From an uncultured Chloroflexia bacterium (GTDB lineage: Bacteria > Chloroflexota > Ktedonobacteria > Ktedonobacterales > Ktedonobacteraceae): DNA of 64,000 bases. This document shows positions 27,165 to 37,126 of the stretch, piece by piece. How positions within the stretch are numbered: position 1 is the first letter of the stretch; every line of letters starts with the position of its first letter. A program made the translations under genes and the position numbers. The notes under the pieces are model-generated. The model was given only the letters and a program-made list of their open reading frames with translations. It ran no database searches and was not told the origin of the DNA. Location: positions 32,080-96,079 of the forward strand of contig CAVTLG010000003.1 in the NCBI GenBank assembly GCA_963735495.1, given 5' to 3'.

Positions 27165-27679
27165 GGAATCTTCTCCAAAAAGACATTTCTACCCATATCA
27201 ACAATACGTACCGTCTCGCCTCGCTTAATGCGCCGACGTGTAATCAGAGAATATGACTCTGCCTCATTGTCTATAGTGATCTCATAGAGATGGTAACCAA
27301 GAATGCTAAACATAGGATTAATGCTTATCATTTCTGAGTTAATATAGACAATGCCCAACACTATCATGAAAATTAGCAGTACGGCGATCTGTTGCCAGCC
27401 GTTTAACGGAAACGCCACAAACGGGATAATATAGCTGGCAATATAGCCCATTACATCTCCATCGCGTATCTGCCGTCCAGTAATCTTCCCTTGAATTGCT
27501 GCCATGCCCGGGGCGATTTTGAAAAAGTATACATAGGTAAATATCAACCCAACAACTCCGATGACCAATGCGCTCCATGCCAACACTGGCTGCTGTGTCA
27601 AGAAAAGTATCCACATAATGAGCGCTAACGGAAAGTACGAGCTAATAAACAACATGCAGCGTACGAAAATGGTAGGCAT
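27152..27679 (-). CDS. KwaA-like four-TM membrane protein
   Basis: It encodes 175 aa with four predicted TM helices. A GAAAGGA lies upstream of the ATG. It overlaps the downstream gene by 13 nt. Confidence 0.45.
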   Translation of the reverse strand: MPTIFVRCMLFISSYFPLALIMWILFLTQQPVLAWSALVIGVVGLIFTYVYFFKIAPGMAAIQGKITGRQIRDGDVMGYIASYIIPFVAFPLNGWQQIAVLLIFMIVLGIVYINSEMISINPMFSILGYHLYEITIDNEAESYSLITRRRIKRGETVRIVDMGRNVFLEKIPWVK

Positions 27680-28343
27680 GTTTATATCCTTTCAGCTAGG
27701 GGGCAGTCTCTTTTTACTTCCAGACTGTTCTCTATTCCTATTCTTAATCTCTCCAGCAAAAGGAGTAATAAAAAGCCTCGAACCCACATTCCACGGCCTG
27801 GCATATGGCTCTTTCAGCATATTATAAAGTATCAGTGGAGAAGATATCCTGTGTAGCTGTAGATTATACAGCAAAAGCAGTTTCACCCACAACTTTTATA
27901 TTCAGCATTCATAGCCGTACAATAATGGATGAGCAGAGATATTGTCAAGTGAAAAGTTTGTATCAAAGAAGAAAAAGGACAATAGGCCCGCCTCTGTCCT
28001 ATCTCTATGGGATACTTGCTTCTATCAACCATATTAGCTATTGTTGTGACGTCTGCACAATAAAAGCGGGCATATAAATGCGGATGCAATCTTGCGATGT
28101 AACTGCATACAACGCGTAAGGGCCATTCATTCCAGCGAGGCTGAAATAGTTACGATTCTACTCAAGTGAGAAATTCTCTGAAGTCCTGAGCACCTCATAC
28201 ACTGATTGCGCCCACATGCGAACACTATCGCAATAGTTGTCCGCGCCATCCGCTATCACATTTGCGGCATACCTACAGTGAGCACAAGAGACCGGCTCAC
28301 TTTTTCCTGTTCTGGTGTCACCTCTTGACTCTCCGACATGAGA

Positions 28344-28388
28344 GAGGCAAGAGGGCAAAAACACCGGCTGTTTTTGCTCTCTTGCCTC
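28344..28388 (-). terminator. Long hairpin downstream of the beta-helix protein gene
   Basis: A 20-bp stem with one mismatch (GAGGCAAGAGGGCAAAAACA / TGTTTTTGCTCTCTTGCCTC) has a 5-nt loop. Confidence 0.4.
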
Positions 28389-28445
28389 CGAGACTCCCTG
28401 TTGCATTCATGCAGGGAAGTGGTCATTACCGCAAAGGCGCAGATT

Positions 28446-29645
28446 CTAAAAGAGGCAACTGATATCGCTGGAGGGGATGGAGTGGTTACCACCCCCATTG
28501 TTGATGGAACCCCCACAGTTGTTAGGATGGTTGTTTATCAGAGTGCTGTTGCTGATAGTCATCACATCAGTAGACCCGTTATTGATGCCGCCACCATTGC
28601 CGGAGGTGGCCGTGTTATTGGCGATGAAGCTCCCGACGACGGTCACCATGCCACTAAACTCGTTGTCGATGCCGCCGCCATTGTTGCTGGCTGTGTCGTT
28701 GGCGATGAGGCTCTTGCTTATGTTCAGCGTGCCACCGTTGAAGATGCCGCCACCGCCAAAGGTACTGTTGATGGAGGCTGTGTCGTTGGCGATAAGGCTC
28801 CTGGTAATGGTCACCGTGCCACCGGCACCACTGAAGATGCCACCGCCTAGTCCTGTGATGGCTGTGTTATTAGTGATGCTGCTCTTGCTTATGTTCAGCG
28901 TGCCTCCGACCGTATTGAAGATGCCTCCACCATTGCCGATGACCGTGTTGTTGGCGATGCTGCTCTTGCTTATGTTCTCCATACCATCATTGTTGAAGAT
29001 GCCGCCGCCGAACCTGCCGAAAGCCGTGTTATTGGTAATGCTGCTCTCGGTGATGGTCACCGTGCCACCGGACTCGCTGAAGATGCCGCCGCCTAGGCCG
29101 CCGCTGTTGTCGACGACTTGGGCCGTGTTATTGATGATGCTGCTCTTGCTTATGTTCAGCGTGCCTCCATTGTTGTCGATGCCACCACCGTTGCCGGTGG
29201 TGGCCGTGTTGTTGACGAAGGTGCTGCTGCAGATGGTCACCGTGCCTCCATTATTGGCGAGGCCACCACCATTTGTCGAAGACCCCTTGGTAATGGTGAG
29301 AGTCTTGAGCGTGAAGGTGACGCCGCTGTTCACGACGAAGACCTCTACACTGTTGTTGCCATCGAGGGTGACTTGCTGCCCGTCACCGTCCAGCGTGATG
29401 TTTGCGGCAATGGTCAGCGTCTTGGTGAGCAGAATATCTCCACTACAGCCAAAGACGATGGTTTCTCCGTTGGTCGCGGTGCTGATCGCCATTTGCAGTT
29501 GCGTCTCATCGCGACAATCGGCGATGACAACGTACCAACGCGCAGCGGCATGGACGAGGCTCTGCCGTGGGTTGACCAGCCCCAGCAGTCCGACGAGCAG
29601 GGCCAGGGCTAGCAACAAGAGCAAGTGGGTTCTTTTTCGTGTCAT
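28446..29645 (-). CDS. Secreted right-handed parallel beta-helix repeat protein (Pmp-like GGxI...NNTA repeats)
   Basis: The signal peptide is MTRKRTHLLLLLALALLVGLLG. There are more than 10 repeats of GGGIFN.GGTLNISKSSI.NNTA. ATG at 29645 has an AAAGGA upstream. Confidence 0.75.
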   Translation of the reverse strand: MTRKRTHLLLLLALALLVGLLGLVNPRQSLVHAAARWYVVIADCRDETQLQMAISTATNGETIVFGCSGDILLTKTLTIAANITLDGDGQQVTLDGNNSVEVFVVNSGVTFTLKTLTITKGSSTNGGGLANNGGTVTICSSTFVNNTATTGNGGGIDNNGGTLNISKSSIINNTAQVVDNSGGLGGGIFSESGGTVTITESSITNNTAFGRFGGGIFNNDGMENISKSSIANNTVIGNGGGIFNTVGGTLNISKSSITNNTAITGLGGGIFSGAGGTVTITRSLIANDTASINSTFGGGGIFNGGTLNISKSLIANDTASNNGGGIDNEFSGMVTVVGSFIANNTATSGNGGGINNGSTDVMTISNSTLINNHPNNCGGSINNGGGNHSIPSSDISCLF

Positions 29646-29856
29646 GGTCAACGATCCTTTCTGTTCTTGTGGATAGCCCGCACCAGAGAGCGATCTCACC
29701 GAGACACAGGGCATACTTTTTCTGCCAGTGTCTCTCTTTCTCTTCCCAGCATACCTCTCCTGCTGAACACAGAGATGTCTATCCCACGATGGATCGTTTG
29801 TCAGAAAACACAGAACGCTTTGCCAGGGATCTGGCGCAATGCCCACAGCATACAAA

Positions 29857-30327
29857 CTAGAGCAGCGCAGGATCAGTACCCGCCTCTGCCACCTGTTTCA
29901 AGAAGCTGTTCCTGGTCAGCAACAGCCCTTTCATGTAGCGCGTGAGCACCAACATCTCAGCCAACCGCCCCAGGATACCCAATGGAGCACGGAACGTAAA
30001 CTGATCGATCATCAGCGTTCCAGACCCCTGAGCAACAAACTCATGAACATGGGTTATTTCCTGAAAGGCCCCCTGCACCATTTCATCGGTAAAACGGGAT
30101 GGTCGTTCATAGGCCGTAATCTTTGAGGTCAGATGTTGCTTGATACCAAAATGCACCGCCTCCCAGGTCACAGTATCACCAAGTTTCATCATCCCCGAAG
30201 TCACACCCGCTACCGGGCGCTCATGTGTCTGCGCTACCGAGTGACGATGCAGGTCAATGCTCAGCGACAGATCGAAACAGCGCTCTATAGGAGCGTCGAT
30301 AAACGTTTCTAAGCGAATGTCAGCCAT
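29857..30327 (-). CDS. SRPBCC (START/polyketide cyclase-like) family protein
   Basis: The N-terminus MADIRLETFIDAPIERCFDLSLSIDLH is typical of the family. An AAGGAG ribosome-binding site (RBS) is present. Confidence 0.7.
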   Translation of the reverse strand: MADIRLETFIDAPIERCFDLSLSIDLHRHSVAQTHERPVAGVTSGMMKLGDTVTWEAVHFGIKQHLTSKITAYERPSRFTDEMVQGAFQEITHVHEFVAQGSGTLMIDQFTFRAPLGILGRLAEMLVLTRYMKGLLLTRNSFLKQVAEAGTDPALL

Positions 30328-30416
30328 ATCTTATCTCCTTACGCACATGAGGTAAAACAGTATAAGAGTTTCGCCCATAGACACGAACGTAAGAACTACT
30401 GAGTTTCGTTGATAAA

Positions 30417-30511
30417 CGGGTAGGGGCGTCACCTCGCGTGCGCCCTGGCGGCGGTTGCAGAGACACGCTCCTACCCTATTTCTCGACATTTCCCCGCGAG
30501 GATGGAGACCC
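30417..30511. repeat. MITE/REP-like element, copy D (left end truncated)
   Basis: The core is GGGTAGGGGCGTCACCTCGCGTGCGCCCTGG...GAGACACGCTCCTACCC and the right end is GAGGATGGAGACCCC. Confidence 0.7.
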
Positions 30512-31345
30512 CAAAAAAGCCATCAACTGCCTATCCAGCGAGCGAATATAATCTCTGCCATACTGACCATTCTCTAACTGCTCGCAGAGATGCGCGGGAA
30601 GATCCTGCGCGATCTCCTCACAGCAGGAGCCAGCAGCCAGAGCAATGGCAGCGACCGTATCCACATCACCTGAAAATTGAATGCATGTCTTCAACACCTC
30701 GCTCATCGCGCTACAGCCAACCAGGGCAGTAATTGCCGCTCGCACACTCATCCATCCCTTGGACATCACCTTGCCAGTCCAGGGTACGTCCCAGCGTCCA
30801 GGCACATGCGCTTCCAGAAAGCTACCAAGGGCTTTTTTAGGACCCAGCTTATAGAGGAAATAATGCGTCATGAGCGCGGCTGCGACCGCAGCGTTGATAC
30901 CATCAGGAGTATTATGTGTCACAGCAGCCTGCATGCTACAGCGCTCGATCACCAGGGCAACACTTGGATAGATACCAATTGGCGCGGCGCGCATAGCTGC
31001 GCCACTCTTATCGCTGGTTGGATTAATCTCCTGGAGAAACTGTTTGCCATCCTGAACATGCAGCAGAAAGTCATAGAAACCGGCTGCATATCCCTCCCTT
31101 GGATCGCGCCGAAAGACCTGCACAAACCTATCAGCCAGCAACGCAGGTTGCCAGGGTTCCCCTGAAACAATGCTTTCCGTGATAGCCAGACTCATCTGAG
31201 TATCGTCCGTGTAGCAACCGGGCTGAATGCGATGTCTGGGATGTTTCACATAACCGGAAAGGTCATTCCGCCGGAGAACCATCTCCCTATCAACGTATTC
31301 AAAACCGGCTCCATATGCATCACCGATTGCCAGCTCAAGTAACAT
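30476..31345 (-). CDS. ADP-ribosylglycohydrolase family protein
   Basis: Motifs are LELAIGDAYGAGFEY, YTDDTQMSLAI and SGDVDTVAAIALAAG. The last 12 codons and the stop lie inside MITE copy D. Confidence 0.8.
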   Translation of the reverse strand: MLLELAIGDAYGAGFEYVDREMVLRRNDLSGYVKHPRHRIQPGCYTDDTQMSLAITESIVSGEPWQPALLADRFVQVFRRDPREGYAAGFYDFLLHVQDGKQFLQEINPTSDKSGAAMRAAPIGIYPSVALVIERCSMQAAVTHNTPDGINAAVAAALMTHYFLYKLGPKKALGSFLEAHVPGRWDVPWTGKVMSKGWMSVRAAITALVGCSAMSEVLKTCIQFSGDVDTVAAIALAAGSCCEEIAQDLPAHLCEQLENGQYGRDYIRSLDRQLMAFLGSPSSRGNVEK

Positions 31346-31394
31346 ATGGTATTCACTCCTTCAGCAGCGAAGTAGCTCCCCTTGAGCAATGCAG

Positions 31395-31838
31395 TCAAAC
31401 ACGCCAGAAGCGCTTCAAGAGAGAGGGTCGCTGTCGCGTAATAGCTTGCTCGCTATCAATGTGAGAGGTGGTATCCTGGTGACTGCCAACTTCGAGAATA
31501 GCTTCCGCTTGTTGTCCAGCATATGGCAGATCAATCGTCACCACATCAGCCGGTATAACGACTTTCGTGTGCTCGTTCAACTTCTCCACGATGGTTTGAA
31601 TGGTTGGAGCGTCCTGATTGAGATGATGACCCTCGTATGCCAATGTTTTTTTGCTCCCATCGATCTGGATCGTCAGCGTCGTTTTTCTATTATCTAGCCA
31701 GGCTTTTAGCACGGTTGCGACGGCAGAGGAGGAGAGGATACCCGAACTGATCGCGATGACGACCTGAAGAAGAGCAACATCCTTCTCAGATAGTGCGCCT
31801 TTTTTCAAGACAAATGGCAGTTTGCATGGATTTTCCAT
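31395..31838 (-). CDS. Hypothetical protein (147 aa)
   Basis: An AGGAGA lies 8 nt upstream of the ATG. There is one hydrophobic segment (LLQVVIAISSGILSSSAVA). Confidence 0.5.
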   Translation of the reverse strand: MENPCKLPFVLKKGALSEKDVALLQVVIAISSGILSSSAVATVLKAWLDNRKTTLTIQIDGSKKTLAYEGHHLNQDAPTIQTIVEKLNEHTKVVIPADVVTIDLPYAGQQAEAILEVGSHQDTTSHIDSEQAITRQRPSLLKRFWRV

Positions 31839-32311
31839 CCTGCTATTCTCCTGAGAGGTCAGTTGCTGCGACTACTTCTCTTCTTGTCACAGGATTGCCT
31901 CTTAGTGTTAAATATACACTATTTCCGCTAGAAATGCCACCCTGGAGCACGTCGGTTATTGCCAGGATGATCCATTTTTATCTCCTCTCAATTCATTCCT
32001 ATTTGCATTTCAGCACCATTGCTGTTATACTGGAAAAAGAATTCCTGCTTTCCTCGTACTATCATAGGAAAAACACATGCACACACTATTGTCATCATCT
32101 TTCCCCCATCCGCTTCCTGTAGAGTATTGGTGCAACTCTTTCATAGGCATATATACTCTTCCTCTCCTCATCTTCCTCTTCCGCCAGCTTCCTGTAAGAC
32201 CTGTAAGACTTTGTGACAACAATTTGGTGCATGCACATGCTTTTTCCTCTATCTTATACGCTCTCATGCCACGCGCTTTATCACCGCGCCTGGGCAGCGA
32301 AAGGAAAAAAG

Positions 32312-33919
32312 ATGAACGTGCTTAATTCCGACAAAGCAGTGAGCACGGTGAGGGATACCACGATTGCGCTGCTGCGTTCACTCGGCATAACTACCATCTT
32401 TGGCAATCCCGGCTCGACGGAATTACCGTTTTTCAAAAATTGGCCTGGTGACTTCCGCTACATCCTTGGTTTACAGGAAGCAGCCGTCGTGGCGATGGCG
32501 GACGCCTATGCTCAGGCCACCCATAACGCGGCCTTTGTCAACCTCCATTCAGCGGCAGGTCTGGGCAATGCGCTGGGTAGCATCTTCACCGCCTCGCGCA
32601 ACCAGGCACCACTGGTCATCGCGGCAGGCCAGCAAACACGCGCAATGCTCCCCAGCGAACCCTTCCTCGGTGCCAAGGACGCCGCAGAGTTCCCGAAGCC
32701 GCATATAAAATGGAGTTGCGAGCCTGCGCGTGCGCAAGATGTACCCACGGCGCTCGCGCGCGCCTACTACCTCGCCATGCAAAAGCCCTGTGGTCCAACG
32801 TTCGTCTCCATTCCCGTCGATGATTGGGAAAGCGCAGCCGAACCAGTCATGCCGCACCAGGTCAGCTTCGAGTTTGCCCCTGATCCAATTGCGCTCCAGC
32901 GTGTCGCGGACGCACTCAACCAGAGTACATCTCCAGCGCTGATTGTCGGTCCCAGCGTAGATCGGGATGGCGCATGGGATGCCGTTGTCGCGTTGGCCGA
33001 ACGTACCCGTAGTGTTGTATGGGAAAGTCCAAAGTCCAGTCGGGCCAGTTTTCCAGAGGACCACCCGCTCTTCGCGGGCTTCTTACCTCCGATACGGCGC
33101 TCATTAGCGGAAAAACTCACCGGTCATGACGTGGTCGTCGTACTGGGCGCGCCAGTCTTCACGTACCACGTACATACGGGAGGTGCCTTTGTGCCTGAAG
33201 GCGTGCAACTCTTTCAACTCATCGACGATCCTGAGGCTGCCGCCCGCTCCCCGTTAGGTACGAGCATACTTTGCACACTCCGTCTGGGACTCACGCAACT
33301 GCTTGCGTTGGTGGAGACCACGACACGGCCTGCGCCCAGGCCACGCGTTCGTCCTCCTACACCAGCCGCAACCGATCCATTATCAGTAGAATTCTTCATG
33401 CACACCATCGCACACGTCATGCCACGCGATGCCGTTATCGTCGAAGAGGCACCTTCTCACGAGAACGCCATGCATGACTATCTGCCGATGCGCAAAAGCC
33501 ACAGTTTCTACACTATGGCGAGCGGAGGACTAGGCTATGGCTTGTCTGCTGCCGTCGGTGTTGCGCTGGCCGACCCTCGACGCCGCGTCATTTGTCTGCT
33601 CGGCGATGGATCAAGCATGTATACCATACAGGGTTTGTGGACAGCAGTGCAACACCATCTACCGATCACCTTTATTGTGCTCAACAACCAGGGCTATGCA
33701 GCCTTAAAAGACTTCGGTCGCATGTTTGACATACAGAATTTCCCGGGCAATGATTTACCCGGTATCGACATCCCAACCATCGCTAGAGGCTATGGTTGCG
33801 CAGCCAGGCGCATAGAGCAAGCCAGGGACCTCGCCGAGGCGCTTACCAGCTCGTTTACAAGTGAAGGACCTATCCTGCTCGATATACCCATCGCTCCTGT
33901 TACCGAGCCATTGTACTAA
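32312..33919 (+). CDS. Thiamine-diphosphate-dependent enzyme, benzoylformate decarboxylase-like
   Basis: The N-terminus is IFGNPGSTELPFF...LQEAAVVAMADAY. The ThDP-binding motif is LLGDGSSMYTIQGLWTAVQHHLPITFIVLNN. An AAAGGAAAA lies upstream of the ATG at 32312. Confidence 0.8.
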   Translation: MNVLNSDKAVSTVRDTTIALLRSLGITTIFGNPGSTELPFFKNWPGDFRYILGLQEAAVVAMADAYAQATHNAAFVNLHSAAGLGNALGSIFTASRNQAPLVIAAGQQTRAMLPSEPFLGAKDAAEFPKPHIKWSCEPARAQDVPTALARAYYLAMQKPCGPTFVSIPVDDWESAAEPVMPHQVSFEFAPDPIALQRVADALNQSTSPALIVGPSVDRDGAWDAVVALAERTRSVVWESPKSSRASFPEDHPLFAGFLPPIRRSLAEKLTGHDVVVVLGAPVFTYHVHTGGAFVPEGVQLFQLIDDPEAAARSPLGTSILCTLRLGLTQLLALVETTTRPAPRPRVRPPTPAATDPLSVEFFMHTIAHVMPRDAVIVEEAPSHENAMHDYLPMRKSHSFYTMASGGLGYGLSAAVGVALADPRRRVICLLGDGSSMYTIQGLWTAVQHHLPITFIVLNNQGYAALKDFGRMFDIQNFPGNDLPGIDIPTIARGYGCAARRIEQARDLAEALTSSFTSEGPILLDIPIAPVTEPLY

Positions 33920-34060
33920 TACGACACGCCAGACCACCCTAAAAATTCCATGCATACAAAACACCGTGCACAACGCAACACGCCTCAACAAAACAATTCT
34001 GCCATACGCATCGGCAAACACAGCTCCTCTGCTATCAAACCCGCCCCGCAGGAAAGTATC

Positions 34061-35581
34061 TCAGGGTTGCACGCCTGTATTCATCACTTCCAGAATCGTA
34101 GTAGCATCCAGATGCGGAGGGTCGAGGGTCGCGCAAACGCGCCCATTATAAAAGATAAATACGCGGTCGCAGACAGTCGCGAGTTCCCAGGGGTCAGTAG
34201 AGGCCAGCACTTGCACGACACCCCGTTCGGCAAGTTTTCTCATCAGCGCATAAATCTCAGCTTTAGCGCCTATATCCACGCCGCGTGTTGGATCATCGAG
34301 CAAGAGAACCTCTGGCTCCGCTTCAAGCCACTTAGCAAAGACAACCTTTTGCTGATTACCGCCTGATAAGTAACCCACCTGCTGGTCTACCGAGGAGCTA
34401 CTGATGCCCAGTTGAGCGACATACTCGCGCGCACGCGTGCGCAACTGGCTCGCTCGCAGAAACAAGCCATCCCGCAGCAGTGCAACAGAGCGCACTTGAG
34501 CCATATTGTCCCACAGAGGCTTGTCCAGCATCAAGCCAACGCGCCGTCGGTCCCCTGGAACCAGCGCAACCCCCTGCTTGATAGCCCCACGCATACCATA
34601 GCGCACCTGAGCACCACCTGGAAGCCGCACGCGTCCTTCCGTTGGGCGCGTTAACCCCGCTGCAACAGCCAGGATATCACGATGTCCCGCGTCCGACAGT
34701 CCGGTCACACCGACAATAGTTCCTACCGGTGCCTCAAACGTTACTGCGTGCAGGTGCTTCGGCACGGTCACATTTTCTACACGTAAGGCACGCGTGCCTG
34801 ACATGAGTTGATCCAGCGAGGTTGAGCGTTGTTGTACCGGGGCTGCCGTCTTGTCTCCCAGCATCGCCCGCACGATTTCATCGAGCTTCAACTGTGCAAC
34901 CGGAGTTGCGTCCAGCACGCACTCGCCATCGCGTAGTACAGTCACTTCGTCGCACAGGCTTAGTACATCCTCCAGGATGTGCGAGATATAGACGACTGCA
35001 ACCTCACGCTCGCAGAGTGTGCGCAATACTTTGTGCAATCGCTCCGTCTCACGTGTATGCAGCGCCGATGTAGGTTCGTCCAGGATCAATACGCGCGGGC
35101 GCACCGTCAAGGCACGTGCGATCTCCAGCAACTGGCTCTGCTCCAGCGAAAGGGACGCCGCTGGCAGAGACAGATCAACATCAAGTCCAAGCTCGCGCAA
35201 AATAGGTCTGGCCTGCTGCTCCATCTGCCGACGATTGATCAGCGGACCCCGGCGCGGCTCTCGCAGCGGAAACATATTCGCCAGGATATCGAGATCTGGG
35301 AAGAGCGTCAGCTCCTGCGAGACAACCGCAATACCATGTTTGGCCGCATCAGCCGTGCTTGAGAAGTGCACCTCCCGACCGTCAAGGCGTAAACTACCCG
35401 CATCCGGGGTAGTGGCTCCCACTAACAACTTGATCAAGGTGGACTTTCCTGCGCCATTCTCTCCCACTAACGCGTGTACAGATCCAGCATGCACACGAAA
35501 GTTCACCCCTTTGAGCGCTGCAACGCCACCATATGACTTACGCAGTCCCTCTGCTTCGAGCATAGCATCAGAGCTTGCCAT
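34061..35581 (-). CDS. Sugar ABC transporter ATP-binding protein (duplicated ABC domains, RbsA/MglA-like)
   Basis: Walker A is GENGAGKST, the signature is LSLEQSQL / LSGGNQQK, and Walker B is LILDEPT / LLLDDPT. Confidence 0.85.
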   Translation of the reverse strand: MASSDAMLEAEGLRKSYGGVAALKGVNFRVHAGSVHALVGENGAGKSTLIKLLVGATTPDAGSLRLDGREVHFSSTADAAKHGIAVVSQELTLFPDLDILANMFPLREPRRGPLINRRQMEQQARPILRELGLDVDLSLPAASLSLEQSQLLEIARALTVRPRVLILDEPTSALHTRETERLHKVLRTLCEREVAVVYISHILEDVLSLCDEVTVLRDGECVLDATPVAQLKLDEIVRAMLGDKTAAPVQQRSTSLDQLMSGTRALRVENVTVPKHLHAVTFEAPVGTIVGVTGLSDAGHRDILAVAAGLTRPTEGRVRLPGGAQVRYGMRGAIKQGVALVPGDRRRVGLMLDKPLWDNMAQVRSVALLRDGLFLRASQLRTRAREYVAQLGISSSSVDQQVGYLSGGNQQKVVFAKWLEAEPEVLLLDDPTRGVDIGAKAEIYALMRKLAERGVVQVLASTDPWELATVCDRVFIFYNGRVCATLDPPHLDATTILEVMNTGVQP

Positions 35582-35688
35582 ACATACCCCCCTTTCTCTT
35601 ATCAAATATGCCTGCCAGCCTGCTGTATACAGAAGCGGCAGAGCGTTGCCCTGCCGCTTCTACGGCAACAGTGTTGTCCAGTAGCTAC

Positions 35689-36777
35689 TTATCTTGCCTC
35701 AGATAGCGGTTTGATCTGAGCTGCTGGATCAGCAAACTCTTTCGTGATGATCGGCAAGTAGAAAGCGCCTTTGCTAGCAAGAGTCTTCTGACGCGTAATG
35801 ATCTGCTGGACATTGCTCTGGTTCACAAGTAAATCGCCGGGATTCCACCATCCCGTCGGAATGGTCGTCCCATACAGTGCGTGCTCAATCAGCAGTCGCA
35901 TCGCCACGTAGCCCTTCAGGAAGTGCTCCGGGTCAAGGAGTGCATAATTGGTACCATTGGCGACTGCCTGTAATGCTGTGGGGTCCAGGTCAAAAGCAGA
36001 GGTCAGGTATGTGCCCTTATTGGCTTCCTTGATTCTCGCCAGGGAAGAGTTGTCCGGGTCCCCAACGCCAATATAGGCCAGAGCACCAGGGTGGGCCTTG
36101 ATAAGATTGTTCCAGGCTTGATAATTCTGGTCCGGCTCCTGCTGCGAATCGTATGGACCAAGAACCGTCACACCAGGAAGCGCATCCTTGAATGCCTGCT
36201 TAATACCCTGGAAGCGGTATTCGAGCGGAGGTATGCCTGGGGTGTCGATACCAACTACCACGGTGCCCTTGGCATTCTTAGCCAGATGCTTGATAGCCTC
36301 CTGGGCCAGCGTTTCTCCGGCAGCGAAGTTGTCATTGCCAACATAGGTCGTGATGTTGGTACCCGCAGGCGGTGCCGTATCAACAGCAATGACCGGAATA
36401 CCCTGACTAACGGCGTTAGCCTCTGCACGGATGAAGAGGGCTGGCGCCAATGTCTCGACGGCAATGCCATCGCGCGCGGTTCTTGTCAGGCCCTGGAAGA
36501 GACTGACTGATTGTTCATCGTTCTCGTTGGCTGGTGCCACAATTTGTGCCGATACGTGGAACTGGTTCGCCGCGTATTGTGCGCCAGCCGCCATCTCGGC
36601 TGCAAAGTCCTCGCTACTGGTTTCAGAGACGAAACCGACATGAATGTCCGCCGGATTCTTGCTCGTTGGGGTACCTGTACCAGACGTCGATGTTGCTCCG
36701 CCGCCACAGGCTGCCAGAAGCAGGAGTGATAGCACCATCAGAGCGCTACTCAGGGGTGCCAGGATTTTTGACTGCAT
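35689..36777 (-). CDS. Sugar ABC transporter substrate-binding lipoprotein (RbsB-like periplasmic binding fold)
   Basis: The lipobox is LLLLAACGG. It has a type I PBP-like sequence and an AGGAGG ribosome-binding site. Confidence 0.8.
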   Translation of the reverse strand: MQSKILAPLSSALMVLSLLLLAACGGGATSTSGTGTPTSKNPADIHVGFVSETSSEDFAAEMAAGAQYAANQFHVSAQIVAPANENDEQSVSLFQGLTRTARDGIAVETLAPALFIRAEANAVSQGIPVIAVDTAPPAGTNITTYVGNDNFAAGETLAQEAIKHLAKNAKGTVVVGIDTPGIPPLEYRFQGIKQAFKDALPGVTVLGPYDSQQEPDQNYQAWNNLIKAHPGALAYIGVGDPDNSSLARIKEANKGTYLTSAFDLDPTALQAVANGTNYALLDPEHFLKGYVAMRLLIEHALYGTTIPTGWWNPGDLLVNQSNVQQIITRQKTLASKGAFYLPIITKEFADPAAQIKPLSEAR

Positions 36778-37126
36778 ACATTCCTCCTAAAATGAAAAAT
36801 AATTTTTGCTGAATCTGTGCATCAATGCATCATTCCGCAATGTAGTACTTGTAGTGAACCTGCTTCCCTCAAATAGGACCGTAACGCTTCAGATACCATC
36901 CTCGCACTGCACCAGCAGCGCGGCAAAAAAGCAGAGATAGTGCCGGGAACATCCCATGCCCCGACCAGGAGACTAATGACCCCAGTTCCCCTCACCTGAA
37001 TTGTTACCAGGAGAAAACGTGTCCAACTCGCGTACAAATAAGGAATACGTCAATTGCACATATAACTTCACAAATATATTACTTAAATCGCCACGGACAA
37101 CACAACATGAACTCCTGAAGACGTCC

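Noticed and set aside
28480-29300. Regularly spaced repeats, considered as a possible CRISPR array (also the 126-bp repeats at 2331-3350)
   Set aside because: Both are in-frame coding repeats (beta-helix turns and TPR units) with no unique spacers between constant repeats. No cas genes are present in the window.
28477-29676. A 399-aa ORF on the plus strand, plus ORFs 28338..28850 and 29118..29612, opposite the beta-helix repeat protein gene
   Set aside because: These are shadow ORFs created by the repetitive, GC-biased codons of the minus-strand gene. Their translations are low-complexity P/L/M-rich strings with no start context. The minus-strand product has a signal peptide, an RBS and a coherent repeat architecture.
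31395-31838. The 147-aa hypothetical protein considered as an effector-associated adaptor (EACC1-like) linked to the STAND systems
   Set aside because: The resemblance rests on a vague memory of a hydrophobic segment plus beta-rich tail. The gene is 14 kb from the nearest STAND gene, so the evidence is not sufficient to report.
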